Origin: the human T2T-CHM13v2.0 reference genome, Homo sapiens
DNA: 64,000 nucleotides
NCBI GenBank assembly: GCA_009914755.4
Contig: CP068257.2
Coordinates: forward strand, 7,296,001-7,360,000
Direction of reading: 5' to 3'
The notes beneath the pieces are model-generated. The model was not told where the DNA came from and ran no database searches. It saw nothing but the letters and a program-made list of their open reading frames with translations. A program made the position numbers and the translations under genes. This document shows, piece after piece, positions 30,301 to 44,560 of this stretch; positions within the stretch are counted from its first letter, which is position 1, and each line of letters starts with the position of its first letter.

Positions 30301-33200
30301 ATGGAATGGAATCAACACGAATGGAATGGAACGGAATGGAATGGAATGGAATGGAATGGAATGGAATGGAATGGAAACAACACGAATGGAATGGAACGGA
30401 ACGGAATGCAATGGAATGCTGTGGAATGCAATGAAATAAACACGAATAGAATGGACCGGAATGGAACGGAATGGAATGGAATGGAATGGAATGCAGTGGA
30501 ATGGCATGAAATGGAAAGGAACGGAATGGAATTAACCCGAGTGGAACGGAATGGAATGGAAAGGAATCAACCCGAGTGGAATGAAATGGAATGTAATGCA
30601 ATGGAATGGAGCAGAATCAATCTGAGTCTAATGCAATGGAATGGAAGGGAATGGAGTGGAATGGAATGGAATGGAATGGAATGGAATGGAATGGAATGGA
30701 ACGGAATAGAATCCAATGGAATCAACTGGGATGGAATAGCATAGAATGGAATGGAATGGAATGAAATCAATCCGGGTAGAATGGAATGGAATGTATGGAG
30801 TGGAATGGAATGGAATGGAGTGGAATGGAATGGAATGGTATGGAATCAACCCGAGTGGAATGGAATTGAATGGAATTCAATGGAATGAAACGGAATATAA
30901 TGGAATGGATTGGAAACATCCCGAATGGAATGGAATGGTATGGAATGCAATGGAACAGAATGGAAAAGAACGGAATGCAATGGAACGGAATAAATTGAAT
31001 CAGAGAGGAATTCAATGGAGAGGAATGGACTGCAATGGAATGCAATGGATTCAAACCTAGTTGAATGTTATAGATTGGAAAGGAATGGAATGGAATGCAG
31101 TGGAATGGAATGGAGTGGAATCAACACGAATGGAATGGAACGGAATGGAATGGAATGGAATGGAATGGAATGGAATGGAACGGAATGGAATGGAAAAAAC
31201 ACGAATAGAATGGAACGGAATGGAATGGAATGCTGTGGAATGGAATGGAATGGAATGAAATAAACACGAATAGAATGGAATGGAATGGAATGCAATGGAA
31301 TGGAATGGAATGGAATGGAGTGAAAGGAAAGGAACGGAATGCAATTAACCTGAGTGGAATTGAATGGAATGGAAAGGAATGAACCCGAGTGGAATGAAAT
31401 GTAATGTAATGCAATGGAATGGAGCGGAATCAACCTGAGTGGAATGGAATGGAATGGAATGGAATGGAATGGAATGGAATGGAATGCAATGGAATGGAAT
31501 GGAATGCAATGGAATGGAATGCAATGGAATGGAATCAACCCGAATGGAATGGAACGGAATGGAATGGAAAGGAATGGAATGGAATGGAATGGAATGGAAT
31601 GGAATGGAATTGAATGGAATGGAATCATCCCGAGTGGAATGGAATGGTATGGAATGCAATGGAATGGAATGGAACAGAACAGAAAGGAATGGAATGGAAT
31701 AGATTGAATCCGAGAGGAATTGACTGGAGTTGAATGGATTGGAATGGAATGCAAGGGATTCAACCCAGTTGAATGTCATGGATTGGAAAGAGTGGAATGA
31801 AATGGAATGGAAAGGAGTGGAATGGAATGGAATGAAATCAACACGAATGGAATGGAACGTAAAGGAATGGAATGGAATGGAATGGAATGGAATGGAATGG
31901 CAACAACACGAATGGAATGGAAAGGAACGGAATGGAATGGAATGCTGTGGAATGGAATGGAATGGAATGGAATGGAATGGAATAGAATCAAATCGAATGG
32001 AATGGAATGGAATGGAATGGAATGGAGTGGAATGGAATGGAATTGAATGGAATGGAATGGAATGGAAAGGAATCAACCTGGATGGAATGGAATGGAATGG
32101 AATGGAATGGAAAGGAATCAACCCGAGTGGAAGGGAATGGAATGGAATTCAATGGAATGAAATGGAATGGGATGGTATGGAATCAACCCGAGTGGAATAT
32201 TATCGAATGAAATGGAATGGAATGGGATGGTATGGAATCAACCCGAGTGGAATATTATCGAATTAAATGGAATGGAACGGAATGGAATGGAATAAAATGC
32301 AATGGAATGGAATGGAATCAACCAGAGTGGAATGGAATATAATGGAATGGAATGGAATTAAATCGAGAGGAACAGAATGGAATCAACACGAGTGGAATGG
32401 AATGGAATGGAATGGAATGGAATCAACCCGAGTGGAATGGAATGGAATGGAATGCAATGGAATGAAGCGGAATATAATGCAATGGAATGGAAACATCCCG
32501 AGTGGAATGGAATGGTATGGAATGCAACGGAACGGAATGGAACAGAACGGAATGGAATGGAACGGAATAGATTGAATCAGAAAGGAATTGAATGCAGAGG
32601 AATGGATTGGAATGGAATGCAATGGATTCAACCCTAGTTGAATGTCATGGATTGGAAAGGAATGGAATGGAACGGAATGGAATGGAATGGAGTGGAATGG
32701 AATGGAATGGAGTGGAATGAAATGGTGTGGAATCAACACGAATGGAAAGGAACGAAATGGAATGGAATGGAATGGAATGGAATGGAATGGAATGGAATGG
32801 AATGGAAACAACACGAATAGAATGGAACGGAATGGAATGGAATGCTGTGGAATGGAATGGAATGGAAAGGAATCAACCCGAGTGGAATGAAATGGAATGT
32901 AATGCAATGGAATGGAGCGGAATCAACCTGAGTCAAATGCAATGGAATGGAATGGAATGGAGTGGAATGGAATGGAATGGAATGGAATGGAGTGGAATGG
33001 AATGGAATGGAATGGAATGGAATGGAATGGAATGGAACGGAATGGAATCCAATGGAATCAACTGGAATGGAATAGCACAGAATGGAATGGAATGGAATGG
33101 AATCAATCCGGGTGGAATGGAATGGAATGTATGGAGTGGAATGGAATGGAATGGAGTGGAATGGAATGGAATGGAATGCAGCGGAATTTAATGGAACGGA
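23870..33200. repeat. ~9.3 kb super-repeat, copy 2
   Basis: See copy 1. Collinearity ends after the S block (23770 vs 33082). Downstream, copy 1 continues into type II (23985+), whereas copy 2 continues into the type I T-U-V-A blocks (33306+). Confidence 0.72.
27390..32267. repeat. HSat3 type I module, copy 2 (4877 bp)
   Basis: The same anchors in the same order: P 27390, Q 27761, R 28025, S 28200, A 29333, W 30242, X 30746, Y 31015, Z 31414, next P 32267. Offsets to copy 1 are 9322 (P), 9317 (A), 9297 (W), 9302 (X) and 9297 (Z). Nucleotide check: gaattaaatggaatggaacggaatggaatggaataaaatgcaatgg occurs at 18061 and at 27383. Confidence 0.78.
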
Positions 33201-36200
33201 ATCAAGCCGAATGGAATGGAACGGAATGGAGTGGAAAGGAATGGAATGGAATGGAATGGAATGGAATGGAATGGAATGGAATGGAATCAACCTGAATAGG
33301 ATGGAATGGAATGGAATGGAATGGAATGGAATACAATGGAATGCTATGGAATAAACCCGAGTGTAATGGAAATGCATGGAATGGAATGGAATGGAATGGA
33401 ATGGAATGGAATCAACCCAAGTGCAATGGAATGGAATGGAATGCAATGGTATCAACCCGAGTGGAATGGAATGGAAAGGAATGAAATGAAATGGAATGGA
33501 AAGGAATGGAATGGAATCAACCCGAATGGAATGGAATGGAATGGATTGGAAAGTAAAGAATGGAATGGAATGGAATGGATTGGAATGGAATGGTATGGAA
33601 TCAACCCGAGTGGAATGGAATGGACAGGAATGGAATAGAATGGAATGGGATGGAATGGAATGCAATGGAATGGAAAGGAATGGTACGGAATGGAACGGAA
33701 TGGAATAGAATGAACACGAATGGAATGGAATGGAAAGGAATGGATTGGAATGGAATGGAATGGAATCAACCCGAGTGGAACGGAATGTAATGAAATGGAG
33801 TGGAATGGAAAGGAATGGAATGGAATGGAATGAACACGAATGGAATGGAATGGAATGCAATGGAATGGAATGGAATGGAATGGAATGGAATGGTATGGAA
33901 TCAACCCGAGTGGAATGGAATGGACAGGAATGGAATAGAATGGAATGGGATGGAATGGAATGCAATGGAATGGAATGGAATAGAAAGGAATGGTACGGAA
34001 TGGAACGGAATGGAATAGAATGAACACGAATGGAATGGAATGGAAAGGAATGGATTGGAATGGAATGGAATGGAATCAACCCGAGTGGAACGGAATGTAA
34101 TGGAATGGAGTGGAATGGAATGGAATGGAATGGAATGGAATGGAATGGAATGGAATGGAATCAACACGAATGGAATGGAATGGCATGGAATGGAAGGGAA
34201 TGGAATGAAATGGAATCAACCCTAGTGGAATGGAATGGAATGGAGTTTAATGGAATGGAATAGAATAGATTGGTATGGAATCAACCCGAGAGGAATGGTA
34301 TGGAATGGAATGCAATGGAATGGAATGGAATGCAACAAAATGGAATGGAATGGAATGGTATCAACCCGTGTGGAAGGGAATGGAATGGAATGGAATCAAC
34401 CGGAGTGGAATGGAATGGAATGGAGTGGAATGGAATGGAATGCAATGAAATGGAAAGGAACGGAATTTAATCACCCCGAGTGGAATGGAATAGAATGGAA
34501 TGGAAAGGAATGGAATCAACCCGAGTGGAATGGAATGGAATGGAATGGAATGGAATGCAATGGAATCAACCAGAGTGGAAAGGAATAGAATGGAATGGAT
34601 TATAATGCAATGGAATGGAATCAATCCTGGTGGAATGGAACGGAATGGCATGGAGTGGAATGGAACGGAATGGAATGGAATGGAATGGAATGGAATGGAA
34701 TGGAATGGAAAGGAATCAACCCGAAAGGAATGGAATGGAATGAAATGGAAAGGAATGGAATGCAATGGATTGGAATGGAATGAAATGGATTCAACCCGAA
34801 TGGAATGGAATGGAATGGAATGGAATGTTATATAATCAACACGAGTGGAATGAAATGAATGGAAAGAAATGGAATGGAATGCAATGGAATGGAATGGAAT
34901 GGAATGGAATGGAATGGAATGGAATCAACCCGAATGGAATTGAATGGAAAGGAATGGAATGGAATGGATTGGAATGGAATGGAATGGAATGGAATGGAAT
35001 GGAGTGGAATGGAATGGAATGGAATCATCCCGAGTGGAATGGAATGGTATGGAATGCAATGGAATGGAATGGAACAGAATGGAAAGGAATGGAATGGAAT
35101 AGATTGAATCTGAGAGGAATTGACTGGAGTGGAATGGATGGAAATGGAATGCAAGGGATTCAACCCAGTTGAATGTCATGGATTGGAAAGGAGTGGAATG
35201 GAATGGAATGGAAAGGAGTGGAATGGAATGGAATGGAATCAACACGAATGGAATGGAACGGAATGGAATGGAATGGAATGGAATGGAATGGAATGGAAAC
35301 AACACGAATGGAATGGAACGGAACGGAATGCAATGGAATGCTGTGGAATGCAATGAAATAAACACGAATAGAATGGACCGGAATGGAACGGAATGGAATG
35401 GAATGGAATGGAATGCAGTGGAATGGCATGAAATGGAAAGGAACGGAATGGAATTAACCCAAGTGGAACGGAATGGAATGGAAAGGAATCAACCCGAGTG
35501 GAATGAAATGGAATGGAATGCAATGGAATGGAGCAGAATCAATCTGAGTCTAATGCAATGGAATGGAAGGGAATGGAGTGGAATGGAATGGAATGGAATG
35601 GAATGGAATGGAATGGAATGGAACGGAATAGAATCCAATGGAATCAACTGGGATGGAATAGCATAGAATGGAATGGAATGGAATGAAATCAATCCGGGTA
35701 GAATGGAATGGAATGTATGGAGTGGAATGGAATGGAATGGAGTGGAATGGAATGGAATGGTATGGAATCAACCCGAGTGGAATGGAATTGAATGGAATTC
35801 AATGGAATGAAACGGAATATAATGGAATGGATTGGAAACATCCCGAATGGAATGGAATGGTATGGAATGCAATGGAACAGAATGGAAAAGAACGGAATGC
35901 AATGGAACGGAATAGATTGAATCAGAGAGGAATTCAATGGAGAGGAATGGACTGCAATGGAATGCAATGGATTCAAACCTAGTTGAATGTTATGGATTGG
36001 AAAGGAATGGAATGGAATGCAGTGGAATGGAATGGAGTGGAATCAACACGAATGGAATGGAACGGAATGGAATGGAATGGAATGGAATGGAATGGAATGG
36101 AATGGAACGGAATGGAATGGAAAAAACAAGAATAGAATGGAAAGGAATGGAATGGAATGCTGTGGAATGGAATGGAATGGAATGAAATAAACACGAATAG

Positions 36201-36950
36201 AATGGAATGGAATGGAATGCAATGGAATGGAATGGAATGGAATGGAGTGAAAGGAAAGGAACGGAATGCAATTAACCTGAGTGGAATTGAATGGAATGGA
36301 AAGGAATGAACCCGAGTGGAATGAAATGTAATGTAATGCAATGGAATGGAGCGGAATCAACCTGAGTGGAATGGAATGGACTGGAATGGAATGGAATGGA
36401 ATGGAATGGAATGGAATGGAATGCAATGGAATGGAATGCAATGGAATGGAATCAACCCGAATGGAATGGAACGAAATGGAATGGAAAGGAATGGAATGGA
36501 ATGGAATGGAATGGAATGGAATTGAATGGAATGGAATCATCCCGAGTGGAATGGAATGGTATGGAATGCAATGGAATGGAATGGAACAGAACAGAAAGGA
36601 ATGGAATGGAATAGATTGAATCCGAGAGGAATTCACTGGAGTTGAATGGATTGGAATGGAATGCAAGGGATTCAACCCAGTTGAATGTCATGGATTGGAA
36701 AGAGTGGAATGAAATGGAATGGAAAGGAGTGTAATGGAATGGAATGAAATCAACACGAATGGAATGGAACGTAAAGGAATGGAATGGAATGGAATGGAAT
36801 GGAATGGCAACAACACGAATGGAATGGAAAGGAAGGGAATGGAATGGAATGCTGTGGAATGGAATGGAATGGAATGAAATAATCACGAATAGAATGGAAC
36901 GGAATTGAACGGAATGGAATGGAATGGAATGGAATGGAATGGAATGGAAA
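32267..36950. repeat. HSat3 type I module, copy 3 (3' end diverges after the Z block, ~36.7-36.95 kb)
   Basis: Anchors P 32267, Q 32638, R 32912, S 33082, A 34235, W 35169, X 35668, Y 35937, Z 36341. It lies directly in tandem with copy 2. Beyond about 36.9 kb the sequence no longer follows the type I order. Confidence 0.65.
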
Positions 36951-38990
36951 GGAATGGAGTGGAATGGAGTAAACACCAGTGGAATGAAATGGAATCAAAT
37001 GAAATAGAATGGAATGGAATGGAATGGAATGGAATGGAATGGAATGGAATGGAATGAACCCGAATGGAATGGAATGGAATGGAATGGAATGGAATGGAAT
37101 GAAATCAACCCAAGTGGAATGGAACGGAATGGAATGCAATTGAATGGAATGGAAATGAATGGAATCAACTGTAATGGAATTAAGTGGAATGGAATAGAGT
37201 GGAATGGAATGGAATGCCATGGAATCAACCCGAGTTAAATGCAATGAAATGTAATGGAATGGAATGGAATGCAATGGAATGGAATGGAATCAACTCGAGT
37301 GGAGTGGAATAAAATGGAATGGAATGGAATGGAATCCACCCGAGTGGAATGGAATGGAATGGAATGGAATGGAATGGAATGGAATCAACCCGAGAGGAAT
37401 AAAACGGAATAGAATGGAATGGAATCAACCCGAGAGGAACGGAATGGAATGCAATGGAATGGCATCAACCCGAGTGGAATGGAATGGAAAGGAATGGAAT
37501 GGAACAGAACGGAATGCAATGGAATCACCTGGAATGGAATAGAATGGATTGGAATGGAATGGAATGGAATGGTATGGAATCAACCAGAGTGGAATAGTAT
37601 GGAATGGAATGGAATGGAATGCCATAAAATGGAATGTAATGCAATGGAATCCACCCGAGTGGAATTGAATGGAATGGAAGGGAAGGGAACGGAATCTAAT
37701 GATTTTAACCCGAGTGGAATGGAATGGAATGGAAGGAATGGAATCAACCCGAGTGGAATGAAATGGAATGTAATGCAATGGAATGGAGAGGAAAAAACTC
37801 GAATGGAATAGAATGGAATGGAATGGACTGCAATGGAATGGAACGGAATGGAATCCAATGGAAACATCTGGAAAGGAATGGAATGGAATGGAATGGAGTG
37901 GAATGGAATCAATCCGGGTGGAATGGAATGGAATCTAAAGGAGTAGAATGGAATGGAATGGAATGGAATGGAATGGAACGGAATGGAACGAAATGGATTT
38001 GAATGGCATGGAATGAACCCGAAAGGAATGGAATGGAATGGAATGGAATAGAATGGAATGGAATGAAATGGAATAGAAACAACTGGAGTGGAATGGAATG
38101 TAATGGAATGGAGTGGAATGGAATGGAATTGAATGGAATGGAATGCGATGGAATGGAATCAACCCGATTGGAATGGAATGGAATGGAAAGGAATGGAATG
38201 GAATCAACCAGAGTGGAATGGAATGGAATGGAATGCAATGGAATTGAACAGAATACAATGGAATTGAATGGAGTCATCCCGAGTGGAATGGGATTGTATG
38301 CAATGCAACGGAATGGAATGGAACAGAACGGAATGGAATGGAATCAATAGATTGAATCCGAGTGGAATTGAATGGAATGGAATGGATTGGAATGGAATGG
38401 AATGGATTGGAATGGAAAGCAATGGTTTCAAACCGATTGGAATGTCATGGATTGCAATGGAGTGGAATGGAATGGAATGGAAAGGAATGGACTGGAATGG
38501 AGGAAACACCAGTGGAATGAAAGGGAATGGAATGAAATAGAATGGAATGGAATGGAATGGAATGAACCCGAATGGAATGGAATGGAATGGAAAGAAATCA
38601 ACCCGAGTGGAATGGAACGGATTGGAATGCAATTAAATGGAATGGAAAGGAATGGAAATAAAACGAATGGAATGGAACGGAATGGAAAGGAATGGAATGG
38701 AATGGAATGGAAACAACACGAATGGAATGGAACGGAACGGAATGGAATGGAATGCTGTGGAATGGAATGGAATGGAATGAAATAAACACGAATAGAATGG
38801 AACGGAATGGAATTAACCCGAGTGGAACGGAATGGAATGGAATGGAATGGAATGGAATCCAGCCGAATGGGATGGATTGCAATGGAATGGAATGGAATGG
38901 AATAGAATCAACCCGAATGGAATGGAACGGAATGGAATGAAAAGGAATGGAATGGAAAGGAATGGAATGGAATAGAATGGAATAAACCAG
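36950..38990. repeat. Divergent HSat3 segment lacking the named type I/II anchors, with an internal ~1.5 kb duplication
   Basis: None of the P...Z or D anchors occur in this segment. ggaatggag[t/g]aaacaccagtggaatgaaa[t/g]ggaat...gaaatagaatggaatggaatgg occurs at 36961 and again at 38501 (offset 1540). MEWNEPEWNGMEW[NK][GE]...INPSGMER[NI]GMQLNGME occurs at 37053 and ~38552. Confidence 0.5.
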
Positions 38991-39770
38991 AATGGAATGG
39001 AATGGAATGGATTGGAATGGAATGGAATGGAATGGAATGCTATGGAATCAACAGGAGGGTAATGGAAATGAATGGAATGGAATGGAATGGAATGGAATAA
39101 ACCCAAGTGCAATGGAATGGAATAGAATGCAATGGAATCAACCCAAGTGGAATGGAATAGAAAGGCATGCAATGGAATGGAATGGAAAGCAAAGGAATGG
39201 AATCAACCAGACTGGAATGGAATGGAATGGAAAGGAATGAAGGGAATGGAATGGAATGGAAAGGTATGGAATCAACTCGAGTGGAATGGAATGGAATGGA
39301 ATGGAATGGAATGGAATGGAATGGAATGGAATGGAGTGGAATGGAAGGCAAGGCAATGGAATGGAATGGAATGGAATGGAACGGAACGGAATGGATTTGA
39401 ATGGCATAGAATGAACCCGACTGGAATGGAATGCAATGGAATGGAATGGAATGGAATGGAATGGAATGGAATGGAATGGAAAAGAATCAAATCGAATGGA
39501 ATGGAATGGAATGGAATGGAGTGGAATGGAATGGAATTGAATGGAATGGAATGGAATGGAAAGGAATCAACCCGGATGGAATGGAATGGAATGGAATGGA
39601 ATGGAATGGAATGGAATGGAATCAAACCGAGTGGAATGGAATGGAATGGAATTCAATGGAATGAAATGGAATGGGATGGTATGGAATCAACCCGAGTGGA
39701 ATATTATCGAATGAAATGGAATGGAATGGGATGGTATGGAATCAACCCGAGTGGAATATTATCGAATTAA

Positions 39771-42700
39771 ATGGAATGGAACGGAATGGAATGGAATAAA
39801 ATGCAATGGAATGGAATGGAATCAACCAGAGTGGAATGGAATATAATGGAATGGAATGGAATTAAATCGAGAGGAACAGAATGGAATCAACACGAGTGGA
39901 ATGGAATGGAATGGAATGGAATGGAATCAACCCGAGTGGAATGGAATGCAATGGAATGAAGCGGAATATAATGCAATGGAATGGAAACATCCCGAGTGGA
40001 ATGGAATGGTATGGAATGCAACGGAATGGAATGGAACAGAACGGAATGGAATGGAACGGAATAGATTGAATCAGAGAGGAATTGAATGCAGAGGAATGGA
40101 TTGGAATGGAATGCAATGGATTCAACCCTAGTTGAATGTCATGGATTGGAAAGGAATGGAATGGAACGGAATGGAATGGAATGGAGTGGAATGAAATGGT
40201 GTGGAATCAACACGAATGGAAAGGAACGAAATGGAATGGAATGGAATGGAATGGAATGGAATGGAATGGAATGGAATGGAATGGAAACAACACGAATAGA
40301 ATGGAACGGAATGGAATGGAATGCTGTGGAATGGAATGGAATGGAAAGGAATCAACCCGAGTGGAATGAAATGGAATGTAATGCAATGGAATGGAGCGGA
40401 ATCAACCTGAGTCAAATGAAATGGAATGGAGTGGAATGGAGTGGAATGGAATGGAATGGAATGGAATGGAATGGAATGGAACGGAATGGAATCCAATGGA
40501 ATCAACTGGAATGGAATAGCACAGAATGGAATGGAATGGAATGGAATCAATCCGGGTGGAATGGAATGGAATGTATGGAGTGGAATGGAATGGAATGGAG
40601 TGGAATGGAATGGAATGGAATGCAGCGGAATTTAATGGAACGGAATCAACCCGAATGGAATGGAACGGAATGGAGTGGAAAGGAATGGAATGGAATGGAA
40701 TGGAATGGAATGGAATGGAATCAACCTGAATAGGATGGAATGGAATGGAATGGAATGGAATACAATGGAATGCTATGGAATAAACACGAGTGTAATGGAA
40801 ATGCATGGAATGGAATGGAATGGAATGGAATGGAATCAACCCAAGTGCAATGGAATGGAATGGAATGCAATGGTATCAACCCGAGTGGAATGGAATGGAA
40901 AGGAATGAAATGAAATGGAATGGAAAGGAATGGAATGGAATCAACCCGAATGGAATGGAATGGAATGGAATGGAATGGAAAGTAAAGAATGGAATGGAAT
41001 GGAATGGATTGGAATGGAATGGTATGGAATCAACCCGAGTGGAATGGAATGGACAGGAATGGAATAGAATGGAATGGGATGGAATGGAATGCAATGGAAT
41101 GGAAAGGAATAGTACGGAATGGAACGGAATGGAATAGAATGAACACGAACGGAATGGAATGGAAAGGAATGGATTGGAATGGAATGGAATGGAATCAACC
41201 CGAGTGGAACGGAGTGTAATGAAATGGAGAGGAAAGGAAAGGAATGGAATGGAATGGAATAAACACGAATGGAATGGAATGGAATGGAATGGAATGGAAT
41301 GGAATGGAATGGTATGGAATCAACCCGAGTGGAATGGAATGGACAGGAATGGAATAGAATGGAATGGGATGGAATGGAATGCAATGGAATGGAATGGAAT
41401 AGAAAGGAATGGTACGGAATGGAACGGAATGGAATAGAATGAACACGAATGGAATGGAATGGAAAGGAATGGATTGGAATGGAATGGAATGGAATCAACC
41501 CGAGTGGAACGGAATGTAATGGAATGGAGTGGAATGGAATGGAATGGAATGGAATGGAATGGAATGGAATCAACACGAATGGAATGGAATGGCATGGAAT
41601 GGAAGGGAATGGAATGAAATGGAATCAACCCTAGTGGAATGGAATGGAATGGAGTTTAATGGAATGGTATAGAATAGATTGGTATGGAATCAACCCGAGA
41701 GGAATGGTATGGAATGGAATGCAATGGAATGGAATGGAATGCAACAAAATGGAATGGAATGGAATGGTATCAACCCGAGTGGAAGGGAATGGAATGGAAT
41801 GGAATCAACCGGAGTGGAATGGAATGGAATGGAGTGGAATGGAATGGAATGCAATGAAATGGAAAGGAACGGAATTTAATCACCCCGAGTGGAATGGAAT
41901 AGAATGGAATGGAAAGGAATGGAATCAACCCGAGTGGAATGGAATGGAATGGAATGGAATGGAATGGAATGGAATGGAATGGAATCAACCTGAGTGGAAT
42001 GGAATGGAATGGAATGGAATGGAATGGAATGAACACGAGTGGAATGGAATAGAATGAAATGCAATGGAATGAAATGGAATGCAATGGAATGGAATGGAAT
42101 GCAAGGCATTGGAATCAACTGGAATGGAATGGAATGCAATGGAATGGAATGGAATGCAATGGAATCAACCAGAGTGGAAAGGAATAGAATGGAATGGATT
42201 ATAATGCAATGGAATGGAATCAATCCTGGTGGAATGGAACGGAATGGCATGGAGTGGAATGGAACGGAATGGAATGGAATGGAATGGAATGGAATGGAAT
42301 GGAATGGAAAGGAATCAACCCGAAAGGAATGGAATGGAATGAAATGGAAAGGAATGGAATGCAATGGATTGGAATGGAATGAAATGGATTCAACCCGAAT
42401 GGAATGGAATGGAATGGAATGGAATGTTATATAATCAACACGAGTGGAATGAAATGAATGGAAAGAAATGGAATGGAATGCAATGGAATGGAATGGAATG
42501 GAATGGAATGGAATCAACCCGAATGGAATTGAATGGAAAGGAATGGAATGGAATGGATTGGAATGGAATGGAATGGAATGGAATGGAATGGAGTGGAATG
42601 GAATGGAATGGAATCATCCCGAGTGGAATGGAATGGTATGGAATGCAATGGAATGGAATGGAACAGAACGGAAAGGAATGGAATGGAATAGATTGAATCT

Positions 42701-44560
42701 GAGAGGAATTGACTGGAGTGGAATGGATGGAAATGGAATGCAAGGGATTCAACCCAGTTGAATGTCATGGATCGGAAAGGAGTGGAATGGAATGGAATGG
42801 AAAGGAGTGGAATGGAATGGAATGGAATCAACACGAATGGAATGGAACGGAATGGAATGGAATGGAATGGAATGGAATGGAATGGAATGGAATGGAATGG
42901 AATTGAATGGAATGGAAACAACACGAATGGAATGGAACGGAACGGAATGCAATGGAATGCTGTGGAATGCAATGAAATAAACACGAATAGAATGGACCGG
43001 AATGGAACGGAATGGAATGGAATGGAATGGAATGCAGTGGAATGGCATGAAATGGAAAGGAACGGAATGGAATTAACCCGAGTGGAACGGAATGGAATGG
43101 AAAGGAATAAACCCGAGTGGAATGAAATGGAATGTAATGCAATGGAATGGAGCAGAATCAATCTGAGTCTAATGCAATGGAATGGAAGGGAATGGAGTGG
43201 AATGGAATGGAATGGAATGGAATGGAATGGAATGGAATGGAACGGAATAGAATCCAATGGAATCAACTGGGATGGAATAGCATAGAATGGAATGGAATGG
43301 AATGAAATCAATCCGGGTAGAATGGAATGGAATGTATGGAGTGGAATGGAATGGAATGGAGTGGAATGGAATGGAATGGTATGGAATCAACCCGAGTGGA
43401 ATGGAATTGAATGGAATTCAATGGAATGAAACGGAATATAATGGAATGGATTGGAAACATCCCGAATGGAATGGTATGGAATACAATGGAATAGAATGGA
43501 AAAGAACGGAATGCAATGGAACGGAATAGATTGAATCAGAGAGGAATTCAATGGAGAGGAATGGACTGCAATGGAATGCAATGGATTCAAACCTAGTTGA
43601 ATGTTATGGATTGGAAAGGAATGGAATGGAATGCAGTGGAATGGAATGGAGTGGAATCAACACGAATGGAATGGAACGGAATGGAATGGAATGGAATGGA
43701 ATGGAATGGAATGGAACGGAATGGAATGGAAAAAACACGAATAGAATGGAACGGAATGGAATGGAATGCTGTGGAATGGAATGGAATGGAATGAAATAAA
43801 CACGAATAGAATGGAATGGAATGGAATGCAATGGAATGGAATGGAATGGAATGGAGTGAAAGGAAAGGAACGGAATGCAATTAACCTGAGTGGTATTGAA
43901 TGGAATGGAAAGGAATGAACCCGAGTGGAATGAAATGTAATGTAATGCAATGGAATGGAGCGGAATCAACCTGAGTGGAATGGAATGGAATGGAATGGAA
44001 TGGAATGGAATGGAATGGAATGCAATGGAATGGAATGGAATGCAATGGAATGGAATGCAATGGAATGGAATCAACCCGAATGGAATGGAACGGAATGGAA
44101 TGGAAAGGAATGGAATGGAATGGAATGGAATGGAATGGAATGGAATGGAATGGAATCATCCCGAGTGGAATGGAATGGTATGGAATGCAATGGAATGGAA
44201 TGGAACAGAACAGAAAGGAATGGAATGGAATAGATTGAATCCGAGAGGAATTGACTGGAGTTGAATGGATTCGAATGGAATGCAAGGGATTCAACCCAGT
44301 TGAATGTCATGGATTGGAAAGGAGTGGAATGAAATGGAATGGAAAGGAGTGGAATGGAATGGAATGGAATCAACACGAATGGAATGGAACGTAAAGGAAT
44401 GGAATGGAATGGAATGGAATGGAATGGAATGGAATGGCAACAACACGAATGGAATGGAAAGGAACGGAATGGAATGGAATGCTGTGGAATGGAATGGAAT
44501 GGAATGAAATAATCACGAATAGAATGGAACGGAATTGAACGGAATGGAATGGAATGGAAT
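39771..44560. repeat. HSat3 type I module, copy 4 (its A block carries an extra ~180 bp pure-pentamer stretch, as in the copy at 966-1394)
   Basis: Anchors P 39771, Q-like 40136, S 40526, A 41644 (long version MEWSLMEWYRIDWYGIN...MEWNEHEWNGIE), W 42758, X 43287, Y 43551, Z 43950, and a tail at 44304 matching 22428 and 36680. Confidence 0.65.
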
